56,689 nt of DNA from an uncultured Pirellulales bacterium (GTDB lineage Bacteria; Planctomycetota; Phycisphaerae; Sedimentisphaerales; Anaerobacaceae). The notes under the pieces were generated by a model. It was not told the origin of the DNA. It did not search any database and saw nothing but the letters and a program-made list of their open reading frames with translations. Each line of letters starts with the position of its first letter. Position 1 is the stretch's first letter. Shown piece after piece: positions 16,854 to 27,633 of the stretch. Made by a program: the position numbers and the translations under genes. The stretch spans positions 1 through 56,689 of the forward strand of contig CAZKOQ010000001.1 in assembly GCA_964554425.1 (NCBI GenBank), read 5' to 3'.

Positions 16854-18818
16854 ATGGAATGGCTGACGCCTTTGACGGCTCTATATGCTGCTGCGGTGTC
16901 CGTGCCGCTTCTGCTGCTATTATACTTTCTAAAATTGAAGCGCCGCTACAGAATAGTATCGAGCACGCTGGTCTGGAAAAGGGCCGTTCAAGACCTGCAG
17001 GTCAATGCTCCATTTCAGAGGTTGCGACGCAATATCCTGCTTCTGCTGCAGTTGGTAACGCTGATAGCAATTTTGATTGCTCTGGCGGGGCCGATACTTT
17101 CGCTGACAGGCAGGCAGGGCAGACGATATGTAGTTTTGATAGACCGCTCTGCAAGTATGAACGCCACTGATGCTGCACCCAGCCGGCTCGATGAGGCAAA
17201 GAAGCAGGCCAGATTGTTTGTTGAGTCATTGAGGAGCAAGGCGTTCCTTGGGATTGGCGACAAATCCGACCAGACAATGGTCATTGCCTTCGACAGTCAC
17301 GCGAAGGTAATGTGCAACTTCACATCGGATAAGCGGCAATTGGTTTCGGCCATCGAAGCGATATCGGCAGGAGACGGCAACTCATCGATTGCTGAGGCGG
17401 TTACGGTCGCCCAGGCCTTTGCCCAGTCGCCGGAGGAAGAGGCCGATTACCGAAATCCCGAAGAACCGGCCCAATTGGTGCTGTTTAGCGATGGGCAAAT
17501 TCGGGACAGCGACCAGGTTGTCGTTGGGGCGGATGAGCTGGTCTTTCACTGCATAGGAAAGCAAGACGAAAATATCGCCATAACCGCTATGCAGGCGCGA
17601 AGGTCTTATGAGGACCCTGAACAGGTTGAAGTTTTTGCCGCTATAACCAATTACGGAGCACAGCCCGTAACCTGCGATGTGCAGTTAAGCATAAGCGACA
17701 CTGTCCACGCAGTCAGGTCTGTAACTATTCCGGCGAGAAAGAAAGAGGCCGGTTCCAGTGGAAGCGAGAGCGGAAAAGTGGCGGTGAATTTTTCTCTAAT
17801 GTATGCCGGCGCCGGCGTGCTTGAGGTCAGGCAGCTGAAACAAGACGCCCTATCCAGCGACGATGCTGCGTGGGCTATTCTGCTGCCTCCAAAACGGCTG
17901 TCGGTCCTGCTTGTTACTGCCGGTAATGTGGTTCTTGAATCTGCTATCAGGGCCTGTCCTGTGGCGGGGCTGGATATTATTTCGCCGGACAAATTTGACG
18001 CAAACGATAGTTCTGCATTGGGTTTTGAGCAGCGATATGACGTCATTGTCCTTGATAATTACATTCCCATCCGGCTGCCAAGATGCCGATACTTAGTCTT
18101 CGGTCATCCGCCTAATGGGATTGATGTGTCGGTTGCCGGGCAGCTTGAGAACCAGCTCATTGTAGATTGGAGGCAAAATCATCCGCTCTTAAAATATGTG
18201 AACCTGACAAATATCTTCGCCGCAAAGTGTTTTAAGATTATTCTGCCGCGAGATGCGGAGGTGCTCGCAGAGTTTAATGAGTCGCCGGCTCTTGCACTGG
18301 TTCGGCGAGGCGGCAGCGTGTTCGTGCTGGCGGGCTTCGACATCTTGCAGACGAACTGGCCTTTTGAGCCGAGTTTTGTTTTGTTCTGCTACAATGTTGC
18401 CGGCTTTCTCGGCACACAAATCGGGCAGAATCAGGAGACCGAGCTGCAGGTCGGTCAGCCCATCAGTATCGAGGGACTTTTACCCCAGACCGAAGCCAAG
18501 ATTTCCGGGCCGGGTTTTTCTGATGCGGTGGTAAAGTCCACTGCAGCCGGTTCGATTCGTTTTCCGGGCACGGGCAAGGTCGGGATATATGAAGTAAAGA
18601 TACCTGGGCAACAGGGAAAATTTTTTGCAGTTAATCTGCTTGATTTGAAGGAGAGCAACGTCGAGCCGGTGAAGAGAATTATCCTTTCGGGACAGAGGGT
18701 TGTGCAGGAGCGCGCGCTTAGCCGGGCGAATCTGGCATTGTGGCCGTTCCTTGTATGGCTGGCTTTATTCTTTGTGTGTATAGAGTGGCTGGTGTATAAT
18801 CGTAAGGTTAGGATATGA
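16854..18818 (+). CDS. BatA-like vWA-domain membrane protein (N-terminal double-transmembrane domain)
   Basis: 654 aa. The N-terminus PLTALYAAAVSVPLLLLLYFLKLKRRYRIVSSTLVW plus a second TM helix is aerotolerance-regulator-N-like. It has a vWA MIDAS motif (VLIDRSASMNA) and a C-terminal TM helix (LWPFLVWLALFFVCIEWLV). Confidence 0.85.
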   Translation: MEWLTPLTALYAAAVSVPLLLLLYFLKLKRRYRIVSSTLVWKRAVQDLQVNAPFQRLRRNILLLLQLVTLIAILIALAGPILSLTGRQGRRYVVLIDRSASMNATDAAPSRLDEAKKQARLFVESLRSKAFLGIGDKSDQTMVIAFDSHAKVMCNFTSDKRQLVSAIEAISAGDGNSSIAEAVTVAQAFAQSPEEEADYRNPEEPAQLVLFSDGQIRDSDQVVVGADELVFHCIGKQDENIAITAMQARRSYEDPEQVEVFAAITNYGAQPVTCDVQLSISDTVHAVRSVTIPARKKEAGSSGSESGKVAVNFSLMYAGAGVLEVRQLKQDALSSDDAAWAILLPPKRLSVLLVTAGNVVLESAIRACPVAGLDIISPDKFDANDSSALGFEQRYDVIVLDNYIPIRLPRCRYLVFGHPPNGIDVSVAGQLENQLIVDWRQNHPLLKYVNLTNIFAAKCFKIILPRDAEVLAEFNESPALALVRRGGSVFVLAGFDILQTNWPFEPSFVLFCYNVAGFLGTQIGQNQETELQVGQPISIEGLLPQTEAKISGPGFSDAVVKSTAAGSIRFPGTGKVGIYEVKIPGQQGKFFAVNLLDLKESNVEPVKRIILSGQRVVQERALSRANLALWPFLVWLALFFVCIEWLVYNRKVRI

Positions 18819-18821
18819 AAT

Positions 18822-18842
18822 CCGCCAAAGACGTCTTGGCGG
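18822..18842 (+). repeat. inverted repeat / hairpin CCGCCAA-agacgtc-TTGGCGG
   Basis: A 7-bp perfect stem and 7-nt loop are followed by only TTT. It lies in the 44-nt spacer between the BatA-like gene and the next gene. Confidence 0.4.
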
Positions 18843-18862
18843 TTTAAGGGCGGGAGTCAGCA

Positions 18863-20971
18863 ATGGTAAGCGTCTGGTCAATTGCGTCTGTGGTTTTAGC
18901 GGCGGCACTTTCCGTCTCGCCGTCGAAGGAAACGCCATTTAACGTCGATTTCTTCTGCGGATGGGGCGGTTACTATCGCCCGATGGAGTGGACACCCCTT
19001 GAAATCGGAATCGCCACAACTCTAACCGAGCCGTTTCAGGGCTCCGTTACCGTCTCGGCCCAGCAGGACGGTCTAAATACCCTAAATATAGTTCACACCT
19101 TTGTTGTAACATCTGATACTCCACTGCACTTGCCGCTGGTGACGAAATTTGCCTTTGCTGCCGATAGATGCGCGGTAAAAGTAGCGGATAGGCGAGGCAA
19201 GATATGCTGGCGCCACGATTTCGACCTGTGGAACATAGAAGGTGCTACTCGCTTGCTTACGGCGGTCAACGAAAGCGATTTATTGATTGGGCTGGTCGGA
19301 CAAAGGAAGTTCGGCATATTGCGATTGGCTAAAGAGTCTGTTTGCCTGTTTAATAGAGGACCCGGGAGGGTATATAAAGGATATGGTATGCCTCCGCGGG
19401 ACAGCTCTTCCGGCGAACAGCGGGGGAAGGTTTACGTGGGTGATAAGCTGCCGCGGATGGTACCCTGGGACTGGACGGGCTTTGCGGGGCTTGACCTGCT
19501 GATACTGTATGACCCCGACTGGGGCCAGCTAAACACTCATCAGCAAAATGCTATTTGTCAGTGGGTCTCAAACGGCGGCAGGTTGCTTGTCGTTCTGGGC
19601 AGCAATCCTTTGACAAGCGCAAATCCGCTCGCACAGTTGCTCCCCTTTGAAATCAGGGACGTCAGAGAGGTTACAATTTCTTCAGAAGGGCTGGAGAAAT
19701 TAGGACTTCGGTCGGACGAGCCGGAAACTGTTACCTGCTGGTCTCTGACGCCGGCGCCTACAGCGCGTTTATGTAAGACCGAAATTCTTTCTGACGCTGA
19801 TGAGTGTCTGTTTGCCACCGCATACTGCGGGTTCGGGAAGGTCGGCGTCCTGGCTTTTGATCCATCAACTATGAGCGACCGGCAGAAGTCAAATACAGCT
19901 CGGCTCTGGGTAAGATGTATTACATCCCTCTTGGAGAGTGCCGGGTCATCCTCAGAGCGAACCATCGAATACGTGGCTGATGCCGAACGGTATTTCGATA
20001 GACCGGATTACGACACTCGTCGTTACGAGATTGGTCCTGCACAGTCGGCAAGTAACGTTGTTATGGAGCATCTCTACAGCATAGCGCAGATGCGGCCGTT
20101 AAGCATCTGGTGGGTCGTGCTTCTGCTGACCTTGCTGGCCGTTCTGCTGGGGCCTGTTGACTATTTCATACTAAAACGCAAAGACCGGCTGCCATTAACG
20201 TGGCTTACCTGTGCCTTCTGGATAGCATTATTTACAGTCGGCGCCTATTACGGTGTGCAGAAGCTGCGCGGAGGTAAGCTACAACTAAGAGTCGTTTCGG
20301 TTCTGGATGGAATCGAAGATAGCAAATACAAGTGGTCAACACTCTATTGCGGTTTGTTTGCCCCATATAGCGGCGACTATCAGCTTGAGCAGCTCGCAGC
20401 CAATCAGTGGTGGTCGGGCATTGCTCCAATGGAACAGCAGATATGGGCTTATGGTAGGGAATCCGGTAGCAGGGAAATCCATTGTTATCAGCACGATGGC
20501 GGAAACCTTCCATTCTCTTTGCCTGTCAATATATGGACGATGCAGTGTTTGCTTAACGAATCTACGATAGAGAAGCTTCCCTTGAGCGCTCAAGTTAAAC
20601 AGCAGGGCGAGGAGATTATCCTCAGTATTACAAACGATTCTGACAGCCCGATTTCTCGCGGCTACGTGGCTCTGGGAGACAACCGTGGTTTCAGTTTCGG
20701 GTCTGTTCCTGCTCATACCGAAAGGCAGTTCCGCGGCCAGTTATTGACTTATTACCAATACGCTTCAAGTCTTTCTAATATAAAACAAGGGGCCTTGTCT
20801 GCACAGGGATGCTGGCAGCGGACGCGGGTCATCAGCAGTTATCTTGCCGGCGGAGCGGCGATGGTTTGCGCAGAATATGAGCAGCCGCCTGTGCCATTTG
20901 CGGTAAAAGCTCGTTCGTGCGGTTACGACCATATACAATTAGTCCGTCTTGTCGTTTTCCCAAAAGAATAG
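18863..20971 (+). CDS. hypothetical exported/membrane protein
   Basis: 702 aa with an N-terminal signal-like helix. A GATase1/GldG-like segment is present (LDLLILYDPDWGQL...WVSNGGRLLVVLGSNP). A mid-protein pair of TM helices (IWWVVLLLTLLAVLLGP; WLTCAFWIALFTVGAYYGV) is followed by a C-terminal domain of about 230 aa. No family was assigned. Confidence 0.65.
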   Translation: MVSVWSIASVVLAAALSVSPSKETPFNVDFFCGWGGYYRPMEWTPLEIGIATTLTEPFQGSVTVSAQQDGLNTLNIVHTFVVTSDTPLHLPLVTKFAFAADRCAVKVADRRGKICWRHDFDLWNIEGATRLLTAVNESDLLIGLVGQRKFGILRLAKESVCLFNRGPGRVYKGYGMPPRDSSSGEQRGKVYVGDKLPRMVPWDWTGFAGLDLLILYDPDWGQLNTHQQNAICQWVSNGGRLLVVLGSNPLTSANPLAQLLPFEIRDVREVTISSEGLEKLGLRSDEPETVTCWSLTPAPTARLCKTEILSDADECLFATAYCGFGKVGVLAFDPSTMSDRQKSNTARLWVRCITSLLESAGSSSERTIEYVADAERYFDRPDYDTRRYEIGPAQSASNVVMEHLYSIAQMRPLSIWWVVLLLTLLAVLLGPVDYFILKRKDRLPLTWLTCAFWIALFTVGAYYGVQKLRGGKLQLRVVSVLDGIEDSKYKWSTLYCGLFAPYSGDYQLEQLAANQWWSGIAPMEQQIWAYGRESGSREIHCYQHDGGNLPFSLPVNIWTMQCLLNESTIEKLPLSAQVKQQGEEIILSITNDSDSPISRGYVALGDNRGFSFGSVPAHTERQFRGQLLTYYQYASSLSNIKQGALSAQGCWQRTRVISSYLAGGAAMVCAEYEQPPVPFAVKARSCGYDHIQLVRLVVFPKE

Positions 20972-21103
20972 TAGTAGCCACGAAGGCGCAAAGGCACAAA
21001 GAAAAATGTAGGATACCACGTGGGGTATCCCGCTGTGGAAAGTTGAAAAATATAGATAAGTTTTAGTGTCTTGGTGGCAGAGAAGTGAAGAAGAGGAATA
21101 GAA

Positions 21104-22030
<927 letters not shown>

Positions 22031-22048
22031 GAAACTATCTTGAAAACT

Positions 22049-22165
22049 GTCACCCTGACCCTGAGCGAGCCGTAGGCGAGTCGAAGGGGGAAGGGTCTGG
22101 CTTTTCAAAAAAATGAGATTCTTCGCGGAGTTTATCCTCGATCTAAACGAAGGACTCAGAATGGC
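22049..22165. repeat. REP-like intergenic sequence modules (candidate dispersed repeat fragments)
   Basis: 22049-22097 carries the inverted ends GACCCT...AGGGTC around ctgagcgagccgtaggcgagtcgaaggggga. 22117-22165 reads gattcttcgcgg...cgaaggactcagaatggc. A related core (acccttcgacaagctcagggt on the minus strand) recurs at about 33003-33023. Confidence 0.3.
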
Positions 22166-22206
22166 ATTGTATGGTTTGCGATAGTCTCTAAGCGTAAAGG
22201 GCATTT

Positions 22207-24024
22207 ATGAGCATCGTGTTGGTCGATAGTTTCTCAAGGTTGTTCAATCCCGTTTGGTTAACCGGCCCTCTATTTGACAAGGAGCTGCGGGTATCCAGCC
22301 GAAAAAGAAGGAACTATCTTCTGCGATTTGGCTACATTATTTTTCTGACAGCGTTTGTCGCAATGGCGTGGCTTAGTGTGGTCAGCATTGAGGGGTCGCT
22401 GGAGTATCAGAAATCAAGGATGGAGGTCGCCGGCAAAACAATTGTTACCACGATAATAACATTTCAGTTTATGGCAACTCAGTTGATTGCCGTCATTATG
22501 CTCAGCACCGCGATAAGCGACGAAATCTATCATCACACGCTCGGTGTGCTTATGACCACGCCAATCAGCAGCTTTCAGATTGTGATGGGTAAGCTTTTAA
22601 GCAAGCTGCTGCAGTTAATTCTGCTTTTGGCAATAACTCTGCCGCTGCTGGCTATCGTTCGCGTCTTCGGCGGAGTGCCGTGGGATTACATTCTTTCGAG
22701 CATTTGTATAACTGTTACTGCCGTTATATTTGCTGGCGCGCTTAGTTTATTTTTCTCGATTCGCAACCGCCGCGCCTATGTAGTTATTATTAAGACTGTT
22801 TTCACTCTTGCTGTTATTTTCGCATTTATTCCCGGCATAATTAGCGGCCTGACAACACTGGCGGCTATTAGCTTGCGTAACCCGGCGATTATAGCTCGCA
22901 CACTAATATCGTCCCTTTCATACGTAAATCCTTTCGGAGCGCTGTCTGTTACCACTCTATTTATGATGTCGCCGAGTATGCCGGCCGGCGTGCCTGGATT
23001 TCATTGGCCGATACATTGTGGACTTATGCTATGCCTGTCGGCTCTGCTGGTTGGTCGAAGCGTAAAGGTTGTGCGCAAGGTGGGGCTGATGCAGGCAACT
23101 GGGCAGCTCGATATTGTGTCAAAACGGACTCGCCGAAAGAAAGTAGCTGCGCAGCCGGTTGCAAGAGGGGAATTAACCGGCGTCGTCAGAAGGGTTATGG
23201 GCTGGCCGGTGCTCTGGAGGGAGCTTAGAGCGCCGATGATTCAAGGCCCCGACAGGAGAAACGGCATCATCGGACTTATAGCGACCGTTGTCGCTCTATT
23301 TCTTACTTATGCTATGTGTGCGAAGCAAAAATGCCTCGACGATGATGTTACCCAGGTATCATACACACTTCTATTTGTGTTTATAGGTATGATTTTCCAC
23401 ATTGTTCTTTCCGCTGTGAGCATCACTTATGAGAAGGAATCGCGTGCTTGGCCGATTTTGTTGGCCACATCGATGGACGACTGGCAGATTCTCTTAAGTA
23501 AGGCGGGCGCCGTGTTTCGCCGCTCTGCGGTTATCTGGCTCCTTCTGGCTGGCCACGTGACAATCGCTACTGTGGCAGGTTATGTTCACCCCGCTGTGAT
23601 TATTCATCTTGTAATGCTTGTAGCGTGGCTTGCGATATTTCTTACCGGCGCCGGCTTGTATTTTAGCTCTCGTTTAAGGCGAACAACATCAGCGGTGGTC
23701 GCCAGTTTTGCTTTGGCTTTGACGCTGTGGGCCATCATCCCGGTGCTCCTGGGAATGGTATCCACGTTCACCCACGATGAATCTATCGTCGGCGCCTATC
23801 TGTCGGCCAATCCCATCGTTCAGGCCGGTGTCATAGTGCAAGGGGCGGCTATTTCGCACAGCTCATACTTGGGATTGTCGGTGCTTGAATATAGATGGCC
23901 TTTTATTAACCTGGGATTTGCATCCACAACTTTTGTGCTGCTGGTTATTTCGCTGGTCTATATATCGCTGGGGGTTCTTTTCGGCTGGCGAGCCAAGTGC
24001 CGATTTCAGCGAAATATATTTTGA
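22207..24024 (+). CDS. internally duplicated ABC-2-type permease (paralogue 1 of 3)
   Basis: 605 aa and polytopic. Both halves open with a basic amphipathic segment (LTGPLFDKELRVSSRKRRNY; VLWRELRAPMIQG). Each half carries the ABC-2 motif (ISDEIYHHTLGVLMTTPISSFQIVMGKL; SITYEKESRAWPILLATSMDDWQILLSKA). Confidence 0.8.
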   Translation: MSIVLVDSFSRLFNPVWLTGPLFDKELRVSSRKRRNYLLRFGYIIFLTAFVAMAWLSVVSIEGSLEYQKSRMEVAGKTIVTTIITFQFMATQLIAVIMLSTAISDEIYHHTLGVLMTTPISSFQIVMGKLLSKLLQLILLLAITLPLLAIVRVFGGVPWDYILSSICITVTAVIFAGALSLFFSIRNRRAYVVIIKTVFTLAVIFAFIPGIISGLTTLAAISLRNPAIIARTLISSLSYVNPFGALSVTTLFMMSPSMPAGVPGFHWPIHCGLMLCLSALLVGRSVKVVRKVGLMQATGQLDIVSKRTRRKKVAAQPVARGELTGVVRRVMGWPVLWRELRAPMIQGPDRRNGIIGLIATVVALFLTYAMCAKQKCLDDDVTQVSYTLLFVFIGMIFHIVLSAVSITYEKESRAWPILLATSMDDWQILLSKAGAVFRRSAVIWLLLAGHVTIATVAGYVHPAVIIHLVMLVAWLAIFLTGAGLYFSSRLRRTTSAVVASFALALTLWAIIPVLLGMVSTFTHDESIVGAYLSANPIVQAGVIVQGAAISHSSYLGLSVLEYRWPFINLGFASTTFVLLVISLVYISLGVLFGWRAKCRFQRNIF

Positions 24025-24030
24025 GCTGAT

Positions 24031-25785
24031 ATGGTTGCTGCTTTGACAAGAGTTGCATCATTATTACAGAGCGTGTTTTGGCTGACAGGGCCTATTTTCC
24101 AGAAGGAGCTGCGAGTATCCAGCCGCCGAAGAAGAAATTACGTGCTTCGATTCGGCTACATCGCGGCCCTGGCATTTTTTACACTTTTTGCGTGGTTTTT
24201 TACCGTAAGTTTAAGGAGTATTGGCGGCTCGCCGGCGTTTCAGAGTTCTCGTATGACGGAATTGGCCAGAGCAATTGTCCCTGCGATTATCTGGTTTCAG
24301 TTTATATCCCTTCAGCTTATCGCGGTTGTTATGCTGAGCACCTCTATAAGCGATGAGCTATATCACGGAACGCTCGGCGTGCTTATGACCACGCCAATCA
24401 GCAGCACCCAGATAGTTTTGGGAAAGCTATTTAGCAAGCTGCTTCAGATGGGTCTGCTTTTGGCAATAACTATGCCGATATTGGCAATTGTTCGCGTCTT
24501 TGGCGGTGTGCCGTGGGATTACGTCGTCTGGAGCCAGTGTGTTACCATCACAGCGGCGGCGTTTGCAGGAGCAATCAGTCTATTCTTTTCAATATACAGC
24601 AGGCAGGCATATTCCGTTATTTTAAGGACAATTCTTGTCTGCTTTTTGTTGTATATGGTTCCGCTGTGGATGTTTGCGCTGCTGCGGTTTTCGTCCGGGG
24701 GTATGCCGCTGCCTCCTGCCGGAGTTATGCTTATCAATCCTTTCGCCGTGATGTTTTTGAATACGCAGCGAATGTTAAATCCCATCTTCAGCAGCGTTAC
24801 GCTTTCGGAGCCGTTACACTGTGCAATTATGACCGGGGCCACAGGATTGCTTTTGACGCTCTGTGCCCTTCTTGTCCGTAGGGCCGGCTTACGCCAGATA
24901 ACAGGGCAGGTCGGATTATTTTCCGCAAGGAAAGCACATCGTGCGGCAGATACAAAAGGCGCGGCGCAAGGCGTCTTACAAGAAACAGCCGGAAGCATCA
25001 GACGGGTGAAGGGGCCGGCAATTATCTGGAAAGAAACCAGAACGCCTTTAATAAAAGGCCGCATAACAGCCAAGATTGGCTTGTTAGCCGGTATTGCCGT
25101 TTTAATCTCGGCCTATGCCAGCACCGCCTGGAGAGGTTACTTAAAAGAAATAGAAGTGCAGGTTGCGTTTGTTGTGGCTTACTTAGGCCTCGGCTTATTT
25201 CGCACCGCAACTGCTGCTGCGACAAGTATAACCTCGGAAAAAGAGACGCGGACCTGGCCGATTCTGCTGACTACACCATTAGATGACAGGCAAATCATTT
25301 TAGGTAAAATCGCCGGCTCCTGCCTGCGGTCCTGGCCGTTGTGGCTGTTGCTGGCAGCCCACGTCATCGTCTTTAGCTGCATAGGTTATATCAAGCCGAT
25401 TGCACTTTGCCCTTTGTTTATTGTAGCGATTAGTAGCGCCCTGCTTGTCTCCGCCGGCGGTGTCTTTTTTAGCTCGTGCTTCAAGCGCACCTCAACTTCG
25501 GCAACGGTGAACTTGATATTGTTTTTTTCCTTTATAGCGCCATTTTGTTGTCCCCTGCCCACGTATTTTGGCAGCCCGCTTGTGATTGCGGCAATTATTA
25601 TAGGTGTTACAGGCAGTGTGAAGGGATGGGCGGTTGTGCCTTTCGGCAGATATTGGTTTTCTCAGAATGCGCAAGGATTTTTTATTGGAGTTTGTGTGCT
25701 GGTCGGCATAGTGGGAGTATATCTACTTTTTGCTTTTATATGTTTTGCTATTGCCAATAGTAATGTGCGGCGAAGGATATTTTAG
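24031..25785 (+). CDS. internally duplicated ABC-2-type permease (paralogue 2 of 3)
   Basis: 584 aa with the same architecture (LTGPIFQKELRVSSRRRRNY; ISDELYHGTLGVLMTTPISSTQIVLGKL; SITSEKETRTWPILLTTPLDDRQIILGKI). It starts 6 nt after paralogue 1. Confidence 0.8.
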   Translation: MVAALTRVASLLQSVFWLTGPIFQKELRVSSRRRRNYVLRFGYIAALAFFTLFAWFFTVSLRSIGGSPAFQSSRMTELARAIVPAIIWFQFISLQLIAVVMLSTSISDELYHGTLGVLMTTPISSTQIVLGKLFSKLLQMGLLLAITMPILAIVRVFGGVPWDYVVWSQCVTITAAAFAGAISLFFSIYSRQAYSVILRTILVCFLLYMVPLWMFALLRFSSGGMPLPPAGVMLINPFAVMFLNTQRMLNPIFSSVTLSEPLHCAIMTGATGLLLTLCALLVRRAGLRQITGQVGLFSARKAHRAADTKGAAQGVLQETAGSIRRVKGPAIIWKETRTPLIKGRITAKIGLLAGIAVLISAYASTAWRGYLKEIEVQVAFVVAYLGLGLFRTATAAATSITSEKETRTWPILLTTPLDDRQIILGKIAGSCLRSWPLWLLLAAHVIVFSCIGYIKPIALCPLFIVAISSALLVSAGGVFFSSCFKRTSTSATVNLILFFSFIAPFCCPLPTYFGSPLVIAAIIIGVTGSVKGWAVVPFGRYWFSQNAQGFFIGVCVLVGIVGVYLLFAFICFAIANSNVRRRIF

Positions 25786-25803
25786 CAGGTTCAGAAATAG
25801 ATT

Positions 25804-27591
25804 ATGACGATGGCGCTTTTGAAATCTCTTTGCCGGATTCCGACCTTATCGTTTCTGACGGGGCCAATTTTTGATAAGGAGCTTCGGGTTTCGAGCCGGC
25901 GACGCAGGAACTATGTCCTGCGGTTCGTCTATCTGGCGCTATTGACTATTTTTTTGGCTTTAGTGTGGTTTGAAGAGGTGTCATACAGCGGCGCAGCGGT
26001 ATATACGGTATCACGAATGGCCAGGGCGGGACAGTCGATAATTTTGACCATCGTGTGGTTTCAATTTTGCGCCACGCAGCTTGCAGCCATAATTATGCTC
26101 AGCACAAGCATCAGCGATGAAATCTACCATCGCACGTTAGGGGTGCTTATGACCACGCCAATCAACGCCTTCCAGATAGTTATGGGAAAGCTTTTCAGCA
26201 AGTTATTGCAGCTAATCCTGCTGTTGGCGATAGGTATGCCTTTGCTGGCGATAGTCCGTGTCTTTGGCGGCGTGCCGTGGAACTATGTCCTGTCGAGCGT
26301 TTGCATAACACTGGCGACTATTATTTTTGTCGGTTCAGTAACTCTGTTTTTCTCGATATTCAGCCGAAGGGCTTATGTGGTAATCATTGTTACCATTCTG
26401 GTCTTAGGTGTGATATTTGCATTAACGCCCATTTTGGTCTTCGTTTCCCTCCACGATGTCATCTCTGAAAAACAATTCTTTTCGTTTTTTTCTGCTTTCA
26501 ACCCGTATTTTTTGCTGGCAATGAATACTGATCTAATGGTAACGCCGCGGTGGATGGGCCCGATGGCAATTTTGTCCTGGCCCGGACACTGCGGGATTAT
26601 GCTGGCGGCTTCCGCCATTATATTGGCTTTTGCAGTAATTTTGGTGCGCAGGGCCGCGCTTCGCCAGGCAGCCGGCGAGCCGGGCGGCCAAGCTGCCGGA
26701 GATTTAGCTGAAGGTAAGACTTCCGGCCGGGATGGCTACACAGTTGTAGTTACTATGCCCAGGCGAGTGAAAGGTCCGCCTGTTCTGTGGAAAGAGCTAA
26801 GGTATGCCCTATTCAAACGACATAGGATAGCCGCCTGTGTTATCATTCTTGCCGCTTTAGCAGTGTTGCTGATAACATACGGCCTCTGCGCAAAAGAAAG
26901 GGCATTGGACGAGAGCGGACCCCACATTTTGTATGGCTTAATCTTTATGGGTTTGGGGATTCTTTTTACTACTATTATTCCGGCAAGCAGTATTACCTCC
27001 GAAAAGGAGTCGCGTGCCTGGCCGCTCCTATTAGCGACAACGCTAAACGATTGGCAGATAGTATTGGGCAAATTCATAGGGGCACTGCGGCGCTGCGGGC
27101 CAATCTGGCTTTTTCTCTTTGGACATATCGTGATATTTACGCTCTCAGGGATTATCCGCCCGATTTGCATCGTTCAAATGGCAATTGTGGTTGCTGGCGT
27201 TGTTGTGTTTCTGACAGGCAGCGGTCTTTACTTCAGCGCTCGCCTGCGGAATACGACTGCGGCGGTAATCGCCAACTTTGCCTTCGCAGCGACAATCTGG
27301 GCAGTCGTGCCTTTACTAATAGCTCTAATATTCAATATTGCTCATTATTATGAACCACTCGATGTCTATTTAGATACGAATCCCTTTGTCCAGACCGGTG
27401 TTGTTATGAATGCAACCGCCAGAGCGGGAATTGCAGGTATCTATTACAGACCCAATTACGAATTTGCGACAGGCCCTCTAAATGCTGAGGACGCGACAGT
27501 GTTTCTGTTGAGCTGTATGGTAGTTTATGTGTTCTTAGGTTTTATTTTTACTTTTCGTGCAAAGAGCCGATTGAGGCGCAATATATTCTAA
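25804..27591 (+). CDS. internally duplicated ABC-2-type permease (paralogue 3 of 3)
   Basis: 595 aa with the same architecture (LTGPIFDKELRVSSRRRRNY; ISDEIYHRTLGVLMTTPINAFQIVMGKL; SITSEKESRAWPLLLATTLNDWQIVLGKF). Its C-terminus RAKSRLRRNIF parallels RAKCRFQRNIF of paralogue 1. Confidence 0.8.
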   Translation: MTMALLKSLCRIPTLSFLTGPIFDKELRVSSRRRRNYVLRFVYLALLTIFLALVWFEEVSYSGAAVYTVSRMARAGQSIILTIVWFQFCATQLAAIIMLSTSISDEIYHRTLGVLMTTPINAFQIVMGKLFSKLLQLILLLAIGMPLLAIVRVFGGVPWNYVLSSVCITLATIIFVGSVTLFFSIFSRRAYVVIIVTILVLGVIFALTPILVFVSLHDVISEKQFFSFFSAFNPYFLLAMNTDLMVTPRWMGPMAILSWPGHCGIMLAASAIILAFAVILVRRAALRQAAGEPGGQAAGDLAEGKTSGRDGYTVVVTMPRRVKGPPVLWKELRYALFKRHRIAACVIILAALAVLLITYGLCAKERALDESGPHILYGLIFMGLGILFTTIIPASSITSEKESRAWPLLLATTLNDWQIVLGKFIGALRRCGPIWLFLFGHIVIFTLSGIIRPICIVQMAIVVAGVVVFLTGSGLYFSARLRNTTAAVIANFAFAATIWAVVPLLIALIFNIAHYYEPLDVYLDTNPFVQTGVVMNATARAGIAGIYYRPNYEFATGPLNAEDATVFLLSCMVVYVFLGFIFTFRAKSRLRRNIF

Positions 27592-27633
27592 TCCTTCTAC
27601 TGATTACTTATCCCTCGCGGAACAGGTTGGCTG